Source: Sphagnum compactum (taxonomy: Eukaryota). From it: 64,000 nucleotides of DNA. The position numbers were made by a program, and so were the translations under genes. Location of the stretch: positions 35,392,213-35,456,212 of the forward strand of contig OZ234493.1 in the NCBI GenBank assembly GCA_965153455.1, read 5' to 3'. Position 1 is the first letter of the stretch; every line of letters starts with the position of its first letter. Shown in pieces: positions 27,838-38,042 of this stretch. The notes beneath the pieces are model-generated. The model worked only from the letters and a program-made list of their open reading frames with translations, was not told the origin of the DNA and searched no databases.

Positions 27838-29690
27838 TAAGACCTTGATTGGTGACAGGGTTGTTAAATGATTAGTACAAGCAATGGCGACTAAACAATA
27901 TATCAATGAAGGACTACATTTGTAATCATGTTACATATATATATATTATGTTTTTTGGACTCTAATGTGAATGTTGATGTTTTAGCAACATTAATACAAT
28001 TAAAGTGCAACAATACCAATTTGATATATTAATTGTAAGTTTAACATTCTTGAACATGCACTTGCTAGTCACATGGAAGAGAATGAATCATCAATGACGA
28101 AGATGATTTTTAGTGATCATATCCAATTGCCCATTTGATGGCATGGATTATTTTTTATCACACAAGGATCAAGCCACAAAGCAATACCAATCATCGATGG
28201 ATGAAAGGGATCATTTTTCAATCACCCATGGATGGCAAAGATAATTTTCAAAAACCCAAAAATATGTTTTAGTAAAGAAACAACGATATAGATCATTTCC
28301 AATTGCCCATGGACGGCATGGATTATTTTAGGTTGCCCATACATGGTGGACAATTTTGGTAGCCTACCTCCGCCCCCGTCCCTCCCCCAAATTGTGTTGA
28401 TCGTTTTCAGTTGCTTAGGATGACAAAGCCCATATAGTAATAATAAGACAAAAAAAACCCTAATGGTGTAGATCATTTGAGGTCACCTATAAGAGGCACA
28501 ATATTTATCAATAGGAAGGATTGACCTAATTTTTTTGGTTGAGTTTGACAAAGGTTTGAGGTTTAAAAAATAAAGATTAGAAATTCATAGGTTTAATTCA
28601 ATCTCTTAAGAACTTTCTAATTTCATTTATTGCATTCTAACACCCATTTCACATTAGATAAAGAAGTGTTTAAAGATCGTGTGTGAGTAAGTGGGTTGTT
28701 CAGTTCTTGGTATGTGAAAAGACCATGTTGGTCTTGATTTCATTGAATTAGAAGTTTGGAACATTTGAAATGTCTAGGATGTGCCAAGGTGTTCAATCCA
28801 CTATTTGTTTTTTTGAAAAATTGCCATATTTAATGTAAATTTACCCAATTTCCATTTAGTTGAAATCTAAACTTACCAAGACAATGAAAAGAGAAACAAA
28901 ATATGGATGAATGAGGTGGTATCAACTATCAATCAATTGGATAACAATAACAATGACAAGAATGCAGGAACAAGTGGAGAAAGAGTGCGAAGTACATTAG
29001 ACATTTCAATTTCGACCTCCCGCTTTATTGTGACGTGTAGTGTCGTGACATACAGTGTCATAAGGGTGTAAATCCATAGTAAAATCTACTAAACAAAAAG
29101 ATTAAAACCAATCAAAGGTAGAAACTAATCAACCAAAAAGAGATGCATGCACATATACATACAATGCATAGGAGGAGGCTGAGATGAAAATCTCATGTAT
29201 TAAAGTTGCAAAGAAGGAAAAAAAAAAATGTATGTAAATGGTGGCCGTGTAATGGCCGCCATGAGCATCTAAAAATCCAATTTAACTATGGAGGAAACTC
29301 TCCCTGACAAAGGAATTTTAGAAGAAGGGAATAACTTGGCTTTTTATACAGCTGCCAACAAGCTGAAACCGTAAATACTTAATAGCATACAGTAACCTAA
29401 GAACGTACATTAACTTTAAGTTCGTACGTTAATCCTAAAAACTTACATTAACCCTAAAAGGCATGAGTGACATGCCCGTAATTACCCGTCATGTATGAGG
29501 CCATGCATACGGGCATGACAGCTGTCGTGACGTGTAGTGTCGTGACGTACGATGTCGTAAGGGTGTAAATCCATAGTAAATTCTACTAAACACAAAGATT
29601 AAAACTAGTCAAAGGTAGAAACTAATCAACCAAAAAGAGATGCACGCACATATAATGCATAAAAAGAGGTTTAGATGAAATTCTCATGTA

Positions 29691-29700
29691 TCCCCCCCCT
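29691..29700 (-). promoter_or_regulatory. Polypurine tract (AGGGGGGGGA)
   Basis: Lies just downstream of pol and abuts the start of repeat A' in sense orientation. Confidence 0.8.
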
Positions 29701-29741
29701 AGAGCTGAGCCGAGAAAAGCATGGCATGGTCTGAGTAGAAA

Positions 29742-32700
29742 TCAAGGTTTTATAGGAGAACATGATGAACAGTACCACATGCCGGCGGGAACTTGAATGA
29801 GCTCCGGCTTGAGGCAGAATAGATGGTATCCACCATTACAATTATCGCAAAGCAACATCTGATCAGCATCGTCTATCCTTTGACATACCTAACATGGGTA
29901 GTCAAGTGGAGGAATCCAAGTTGACGTGATGATGGTAGGATCTAAGTTCGGCAGGTGGCAAGGTGCAAAAATTTTGGAGTGACCCTGAATTGTGCGTTCG
30001 TCAGTTCCTTGTAACTCCAACACACCTAAAGGCCTGATTGCCTTAATCCTCGAGATAGTGCGACCAGAAAAAATGTCTAGGGTATCATTCGGTTGCCGCT
30101 GGAGATACACAAAATCATGAACATCAAATTGTCTCACCTTAGGTTTGTAACTGTACCTCGTGTGTGTGCATATCGTAAGGTGTCTCGATGCTGTGCAATG
30201 GACAAGTTCTCCATGGCTATGGGCATAACCGTCCTAAATAGAGCAGCCTTCTCTGCAATGATCTTAGCCCAAGCGGCCGAGGAGTCCAAGTCCACAACCT
30301 GGTCCATTTGAGTAGCAATGGAAGAGGGTGGAATAGGATGTCTTCCAAAAAGTAGAAAGTAAGTAGAGAAATGAGACAAAGAGGCGTGTTTGGACATCCT
30401 GTAACCCATGGCGATGTAAGGTAGGGCCAGGTCCCAATCCTCTTTGTTCCTAATGAGGCAAATCTTCCGAAATCCCTTCTTGCATGTCTAAACCATCCTT
30501 TCTGCAAGGCCATCAGCTTAGGGATGATCCCTTGAAATCCGGCGATGGTCAATGAGAGTATGGTTAAATAGGTCTTGGAATTCTCCTCTGAATTCTGATC
30601 CTTGATTAGTAAGGCACTCAGCACAAGTCCCAAACCTACTTAGGACTTGTTGTATGAAAGCCTGGCTGGTGTTGTGTGATGATTTGTCCGGCAGCGCAAC
30701 AAGCTCGACCCACTTTGAAAAATGCTCAATCATAATCATGATGTAGACATTACCCTTGGAGGTCTGTGGTAACTCTCCAGCTAAATCACATGACCATCGA
30801 TAGAACATGCCCTGAATAGGGAGTGGAAAAAGCGTGAGCTGTCAAGAGGAGAAGGAAGTTCTCACTCTATCACATTGTTCACACTTAGCAATGGTGTCTC
30901 GGACTTGAGCATACATACCTTTCCAATGGTAATGAGGAGCAAGAAGGCTATAAGTAGGCTTAACTCCAAAGTGTCCAAGCTTCGAGTGTACCTTCTGAAT
31001 AAAACCAGACCGTTCATGTGGTGGAAAAACCATTCTGTTGCCTTGTGGTAAGCATCGGACGAGGTGATTGTCCCTCCTTGAGTAGCGTTTGGACTGTTGT
31101 TGTATGCGATTTCGATGACTTGATGTAACTTGGGAAGGGTATTCTTCATTCTGAAGAAACCTCAGAGTGTTCAAGTCTTCCCATATATCCAAAATGGGAT
31201 GCTCAACCAGGTTACATTGCAGTAGTGCAAGATAACTAGATGCATAAGATATATGTATTGTTGGAATCTGGTCGAAGTCTTGCTTGGTTTCTGAGAAATC
31301 TTCAGAGGTAGTGACGGGCCTCCGTGACATGTTATCCGTGTTCTGATGTGTAATGCTAGGTCGGTGAATAACCTTGAACTCATATTCCTGAAGCATAAGC
31401 GCCCAACGAGCTAACTTACTAGTAAGCTTGTCGTTGGTCATCAACCACTTGATAGGCTGGTGGTCGGTATATAAAATGAACTCAATGCCATAAAGATACG
31501 GCCTGAAATGTATGACGGCCCATACAACAACAAGACACTCCCCCTCGTATGAAAAGTAGCTACTCTCAACCTTGTTCTTGCTTTAGGATGCATAGGCAAT
31601 AACATATTCCTTGCCTTCCTCATCAAATTGGCCAAAAATAACACTAATACCCACAGCATTCCAGTTAGTGTGTAGAATGAAGACCTTGCTAAAATTAAGT
31701 CTTCTCAAAATGGGGAACTCTGAAAGCTTTTCCTTGAGTGTTTAAAAAGCTTCCTGAGCCTCTTCACTCCATGTCCAAGCAACATCCTTTTTTAACAATG
31801 CATAGAGAAGATGAACAATAGTACTGAAGTTTCGGACATAAATCATGTAGTAATTACACAGTCCGATGAAGCTCTTCAAAGTGTGAACATCAATAGGATT
31901 GGGCATTTCCAAAATGGCTATTACTTTGGCCCAATGAGCCATAACACCATTTGGCAAAATTCTATGTCTAAGGTAGACTATTGAGGTGACAACAAACTCA
32001 CACTTTTTAGGATCGATCTTCATATTGACTTTGTGGAGCCTTTTGAATAACTCTTCAAGATGAGCCAAGTGTTGCAGGAGTCCCTTGCTATGCACTAAGA
32101 TTGTCATCTATGTAGCACTTTAGGAAATCTGCCCCTTCGAGAACCTGGTCCATGAATTGTTGAAAGACTGGTGCATTCTTCAATCAAAAAGGCATCACAA
32201 GCCATTCCCACAACTTGTTGCTTCCATGGAATGTCGTTTTCTTGCGATCCTTCGCATCGAACACAATCTGGTTGAAGCCTTGCTTCAGTTCCATAATTGT
32301 GAAGAATGTTTGAGTCTCTAATGCTATCAAACAGTTCTTCAGGGAGGGCATGGGGTATCCGTCCTGAGGTGTAACCAGGTTCAAAGGCCTATAATCCCCG
32401 CACATCCTTTTCTTAGTCCATAATCCAGCTGAATTCTTCTTTGTTGGCATTATTGTAGCAGCTACAAAATTAGAATTTGATGGCTGAATGAGACCAGCCT
32501 CATGGAGCTCTTTGCATCTTTCATCTACTAGTTCCCACTCATGCTTGCTCAACTTATGCCTCCTCTGATAGATGGGTGTCTCATCTATAAGGTCTATAGA
32601 GAACTGCATGGTCTTACACCTACCTAAGTCTTTCATTGAGAATGCAAACACATTCTCATACTTAATTAACAAGTCTGTGACCTGGTTTCTCTCCTTCTTG

Positions 32701-33149
32701 GTGAGTTGGTTCCCCATAACGAAAGGGTAGTTGGAAACACATGGAATGGAGTTGGAAAGTGTGTTTGAAAAACCTGGTGTATTGGGTTTTCCACTATCCA
32801 ACTGCGCAAATTCGTAGAAGGTTGTAATTGTTTCTCCAGAAGCTGATGTGCCTCCAGGTGTATCAAAAACAACTTGAGTCAAAGTACATGGTACCTCCTC
32901 CCCCCCAACACTAAGAGTGAAGTGTAGAGTGTTGAAGATAGGCAAGTGTACTTGGTCGGGGTGCCATGTAGTCGCATCGCCAGAACTGCAAGTTGATTGA
33001 ATTAGTGCTGGTGTTGTGTACATTTGAAAGAATACACAAGTTACGAATAACCATGTAAGGGAATTCAGGTCCATGCATCTTCCCAATAGAAGGTTACGCT
33101 CCAACCTAGTCACCTTGGTGTGACTAGTAGTGCTAGTTTGGAACCCCAT
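29742..33149 (-). pseudogene. pol: Gypsy pol (RT, RNase H, integrase, C-terminal PHD finger), disrupted by frameshifts and stops
   Basis: RT: KRMCGDYRPLN, KTTF, VMPF, CYIDD (~32104-32118). RNase H: YTDHQPIKWL..KLARWALMLQEY. Integrase HHCC: HSKLGH..CEQC. Integrase core: WSCDLAG..EHFSKW..TNQGSEF..DGLAER. The coding region is split over at least 7 ORF fragments. Confidence 0.95.
29760..29894 (-). other. PHD finger (C4HC3) at the integrase C-terminus
   Basis: Manual translation gives C*VCQRIDDADQMLLCDNCNGGYHLFCLKPELIQVPAGMWYCSSC, in frame with ORF 29889-30137. The single TAG is plausibly a decayed CAG. Confidence 0.9.
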
Positions 33150-33874
33150 AGCCCTTTTTCTTTATTCTGGGCTTGGTTCATTCCAAGTGGCTGAAGCATG
33201 ATGATACACCAGGCCTGGTCCATTTCCCTAAAAGGCGTGTGTTCCTGGGAAGGAGACAAAGGTGGGCCAAACACCTCTTGGTTTTCCTATTGTGTTCGCA
33301 GGAAACCAAGAAGGTTTCTCTTGCCTTGTAACTGGTTGGCAGGAGCTTTGATCATCCAATATGTGAGAAACCTGCAGGTTGGGGTCTATGCTGCAAGTCG
33401 CTACGAATGTCGCGTTGCAGGTCGCGGCGTTGCAGGTCGTGACACTGCGGCTTGCGATGGACATTGCGTTGTAGGTCATGGCTTGTGATGGACGCCGCAT
33501 TGTAGGTCGCGGCTTGTCAATGGATGTGACACTGCAGGTCGTGCCGTTGCAGCAATGGCGGACGCAGCGTTGCAGTTCGCCAAGAAGCAATTTTGTCCTC
33601 CTATGTCTCTGGGCGAGAGAGAGAGAGAAAAAGAGAGAGAGAGCTTTGAAACTTGCTGGACGATACGTCATTCCCCCGTTTGGTTTCGCTCTTCCCAACT
33701 CCTCCGATCCCGGCTCTGTTGGTTGGCAGAGGTGTAATAGCACAAGCTCCTTCTAGCAGCTGCAACACCAGCAGTAACAACAACACGAGCAACAACAACA
33801 TCTGCAGCAAAAAGAAACAAAAAAACTCACAGCTAAGAAAATTTGCCGCTTTCAACATTAAGCAATAGAGAGTA

Positions 33875-33888
33875 GTTTTTCTAGAATT
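33875..33888 (-). promoter_or_regulatory. Putative self-priming PBS (AATTCTAGAAAAAC)
   Basis: Located at the inner edge of B'. It is the perfect 14-nt reverse complement of 34002-34015. No TGG tRNA-type PBS is present. Confidence 0.7.
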
Positions 33889-34040
33889 AAAATTGCAAAG
33901 AAGGAAAGAAAAGAAGTGTATGTAAACGGTGGCCGTGTAATGGCCGTCGTGAGCATTTAGAAATCCAATTTGACTATGGAGGAAACTCTCATTGACAAAA
34001 GAATTCTAGAAAAACCAACAACAGAAGGGAATAACTTGGC

Positions 34041-34048
34041 TTTTTATA
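34041..34048 (-). promoter_or_regulatory. TATA box of retroelement 5' repeat (TATAAAAA)
   Basis: About 33 nt upstream of the putative self-primer/TSS at 34015; conserved in copy B (29341-29348). Confidence 0.6.
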
Positions 34049-34093
34049 CAGCTGCCAACAAGCTAAAACCCTAAACACTTAATAGCATATAGT

Positions 34094-34197
34094 AACCTAA
34101 GAACGTACATTAACCCTAAGAACGTACATTAATCCTAAAAGCATACATTAACCCTAAGAACGTACATTAATCCTAAAAGCGTACATTAACCCTAAAA
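34094..34197. repeat. 19-bp tandem repeat in retroelement repeat B' (5 units; 3 units in B)
   Basis: AACCCTAAGAACGTACATT / AATCCTAAAAGCGTACATT units. Confidence 0.9.
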
Positions 34198-35732
34198 GGC
34201 ATGAGTGGCATGCCCGTAACTACCCGTCATGTATGAGGCCATGCATATGGGCATGACAGCTTGTTGCTTTTTCCATTGTTTTGTTACTTGGACCTGTGTT
34301 TGAGTTTTTGTAATGTGAACAAAACCCAAATGGGAATTTGGATGAAGAGATGACTTAATGAATGAAGTGATGCGGGGATTTGGATTAGCAGAAAATGCCA
34401 AAAGAAGGGATGGTTGGTAATCATGAAACTTAGAGGTTGTTGTTATTCCTTAGCTGTTTTTTAAAAAAAAATTTGTGATTGCTTGTTGTTTGCAAGTGAT
34501 GAGTTCTGTTTTGCATTCTTCATGGTTTGGATGGTGTTTGGCATTGATCGATTTGGTGTTTTGTGTTATTTTTGGATGTGGTGCGTTATGAAGGGTGGAC
34601 ATTGCCATATAAGGAGGAACTTCTAATGTTGAGAAGCCAAGTTTTTGGGTTAGACATTTTGTGTTTTTAGGAATGTATCTTTGAAGCTTTCAAGTGGGGT
34701 GCGTGGGTCTTTGTGTCTTCTAGTTTTGAAGAAGCATCAAGTCAAGTAGTCTTGGTGAGGGATGAATGCCCTAACAGCTATGGGAGCTTTTTAGTAGAGG
34801 GCTTTTGTATCTCTACTACGCCATAGCTTTCTCTTTAGGGACCAATTAAGGACAGTGATGAAGATCTAAAAGGGTTTCAAGAGCAGTCTTCATAACAATT
34901 TGGTTTGTGGTGAGGAGAAATGTCATGTTATTTGGAATATAGTGGGTTATGTGTTGATGGGAAGGAGTACCCACAATTGTGGGAGCTTTGAAAGGAATTA
35001 ATGTGTGACTAGACAACCTTGGGGTTATCAAGACAAATCGGTAGTGGGAAGTCTAGGTTTTCATTTTCTTTTTGTCCAACTCCTGGGATCAATCTGTGGG
35101 AGTTGGGGTGGATTTCATATTCTGAGATTGTGAGCTGGGAGTGTGAATTGCCATGACATGACTAATGGGCTCAAAAGAGAGAAGCCGAAGTGAATTTGTT
35201 CCCTTATGATCTGTAGATTAGTGTTGTTAGTATAGTAGATGCTAATAAATATAGTGTTGTTCTGCTCCTATGTATTTCTATAAAGTTCCATAGAAATCAG
35301 TCTGTCTCACAATTTCATCACAGTAGGTGTTACATTAGGCCTGTCCCACAATTTCATCTGGTGACAGTTTAACCATATTTTCCATCATCCACCCTGGCAT
35401 TCCAATTCAATTTCTCGTCTTTGCTACCATGGCCTTTTGACATCTGGCTGCCTCACCATAGTTTGCGTTGTCTCCTTGCTTATCTCCACACTCCACCAAA
35501 GACACAAAAAGATGAAAAAGTTGTGGAAGTTGAATTTTGAGATTGAGAATAAATGAATGTAGGTTAGGAACGTGGAAAATTTATAAGAGTTGAATCTAAG
35601 AAACAAGATGAATGAATTGCAAGCCGAAGAAGATGAAATTTATGGACAAATCTAGGAAACATAGGTAAAGCCAGGATGATGAAGCACAGGGATGCCAGAA
35701 CATTTTATGACCAAATGGGCAGAGAAAAGAAG

Positions 35733-35851
35733 CAATAGTTGGCCTGCAATAAGGACCCATTACTGTTTTAATGTCTTCTGGGCACAAGGCACCAATAGTC
35801 GGCCTGGAATAAGGACCCAATGCCAATTTAATGTCTTGGGGGCACAAGCAC
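35733..35851. repeat. 60-bp tandem duplication
   Basis: CAATAGTYGGCCTGSAATAAGGACCCA..TTTAATGTCTT..GGGCACAAG occurs twice. Confidence 0.8.
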
Positions 35852-37705
35852 ATGCTCCAACTTGCATTGGAAACTAAGCTGCGTTTAACTCTTTGCACTT
35901 GGTTAGTGCTTAGCCAAGGATAACCTTAGCATAACCTTCACAAATGATGTTAGTTTCGCCAGAAGCATGGATGATGGGGACAGAGTAGGCCCCCGAGCTG
36001 TAAGTGAGCACTTGAGGATCTAGACAGTTGGCTGAATGGCTGTCAGGGCAAGCAACCTGGAGAATGAAAATATTATTGAGTGGCTTATGGGTACAGCAGG
36101 GATAATTTCAAACAGCTTTTTGTTCCTGCTGTCTTTTTTTCCTTGTGTTTTACAATCATCTTATGAATCACAAGACATAGTTCCAGCCGTTTGCTTGTGT
36201 TTTACAATTATATGAATCACAAAATATTGTTGTTGCCGCTTGCTTGCTTGCTTGCTTGCTTGTGCTTCACAATCCTTTGAATCACAAAACAGAATGCCAG
36301 CCATTTGAATGATTGAATCACTCAAGTGGTGGAGATCCAGTGGAATTAGCCCTGCAGACATTTGATTTATACTGCAGAAGTGGGTCCCTGTAATTTCTGT
36401 TAGAAACACTCACTCCCAAGGCTTGAAACATGATCACTGATATCTACAGGTGAGACAAAATTATGGGTCCCTAACTTAGTATCTACGAAGATGGGCCAAC
36501 TTCTTTCCAAGTTTGGATGTGAAAATTTGGTTCCAAGTTAAAGGGATGTTTTTCTGCCCCAACATTCAATCACTAACTTTTTTTTGGGTCCATACCACTG
36601 CCAGCTAACTGCTACTGCACAGCGAAGATTTTGTATATAATAGAAAGTACTGTGGGTAGTAGCTGTATCCACTCGAGAGCACCTGTTCCACACGTGACAC
36701 AGCTGCATTCACTTTTGTCTTAGGCTTCAGCCAAAAACAAAGATCCTTTGCAGGGTCTGAGCCAAAATGGGAAGCTAATATAATAGAATAAGAATAACTC
36801 CACACCAAACATGGCGCAAGAACCTGAATCTGTAGTCTCTTATACTCCATTTAGACTGACGTCTTTGATTTGAGATGTCACTAAAGCTTCACCAAAAAAT
36901 TAGGTTTGGTTCCATCCTCAGCAAAGCCATATGAACAGCGTTCTTTCTCTCAGTGCATTTAGACATTCCCTTTCAGAAGGCACTTTACCTGAGGTAACAT
37001 CTTGCAACTTCATCCAATTGCCAGGTTTTCTTGCTAGTAGGTAGTGGTCTTTTGCTACTCTTTATCCAAACAGGCATGCTGGCATAATTTTGTTTGCTAA
37101 GTTTTGGGCTCCAAAGAATGCCAATCATACACACCCAACAGTCTGGCACCACAGTCTGGCAAATGGAGTAGTGGTGGCAGGCATCCTCCAAAAAAGACAA
37201 GAGCTGTACCCCACTGCCTGCCTGCCTGTCTGCCTGCCTGCTTGCCCCCCTGGCTACCACCACCCATCTTTGATATTTGCCAAATATCTTTTTCTTGATG
37301 ATCATGAGGTTGGGCATTGCTCACAATTTGGTGGGGGGAGGGAGTTGTTTGTGGTGGTTTGGACCATATCATTATCAGGGCCTCTATCACCACATACATA
37401 CCTATGCTTCCAAATTCTGCCAAAAGTAGGTGGATGTAAATAGAGGCTCTTTCATCTTTCCTCCCTTTCAAGAGGGGCATGTTGATCTGTACTTACCTGG
37501 AAGGTGAAGTAAGTTAAGCTCTAAATTCATCCAACACCCATTTGTTGCAGAATTCAAACTTAGTTTTTACATTATAGTAAACATGTCAGTTTCCAGACAT
37601 GGGTTTTAGGCATGGTTATTTTTCCCTATTGAGCTTGCAACAAATGCTACTCTCACCCTTTCTAACACTCGCATGAACAGGGTGATTTCTCTGCAATCCT
37701 AGTTA

Positions 37706-38042
37706 GAGCATCTCCAGCAGCTCAGTATGTGACCCTGCAACTCTCATCCCAGGTTAGTTATTTGTTTTTTCCACCCCCACCCATAAAACTAAAACTGGGA
37801 CTACTAATAGCAAACCACCTCGACCAATCATTATGATTGGCCAATCAGAAACAGGGAGCAGCAGTCAGATCATTTTTATCACAGTGTTCTCTAGCAGGTA
37901 TTAGGTTTCGTTGTGCCTTTTCACCAGCCTGAGCAAACTGTGCAAAAATGCTGGGCCAAAACCATTTTGCAGAGCCAAACCGGCTTTTCTTCATCCAATT
38001 TTAATTTGTAGGGTCATATACTGAGCACCACTGGAGTTGCTC
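37706..38042 (+). mobile_element. PIF/Harbinger (Tourist-like) MITE, same family
   Basis: TIR GAGCATCTCCAG..CTGGAGTTGCTC with flanks TTA/ATA. Interior contains GACCAATCATTATGATTGGCCAATCAGAAACAGGGAGCA. Confidence 0.82.

Larger units (their letters stand above)
29026..34258 (-). mobile_element. Ty3/Gypsy-type retrotransposon with split direct repeats (sense order B'-pol-PPT-A'-GC-B-A), decayed
   Basis: Domain order is RT-RNaseH-INT. Repeat A 29026-29200 matches A' 29523-29691, and repeat B ~29199-29520 matches B' ~33886-34258. Termini are TATTGTGACG (decayed TGTCGTGACG) and CATGACA. GCTT flanks both sides (29022-29025, 34259-34262). Confidence 0.93.

Noticed and set aside
29026-29520. Ordinary solo LTR inserted beside a normal element
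   Set aside because: No TSD flanks A+B alone, and the remaining B'..A' ends are not homologous to each other. GCTT brackets the whole 5.2 kb.
29026-34258. DIRS/Ngaro tyrosine-recombinase element
   Set aside because: The repeat layout fits, but the coding region is Gypsy RT-RH with an HHCC/DDE integrase and a TSD. No YR motif seen.
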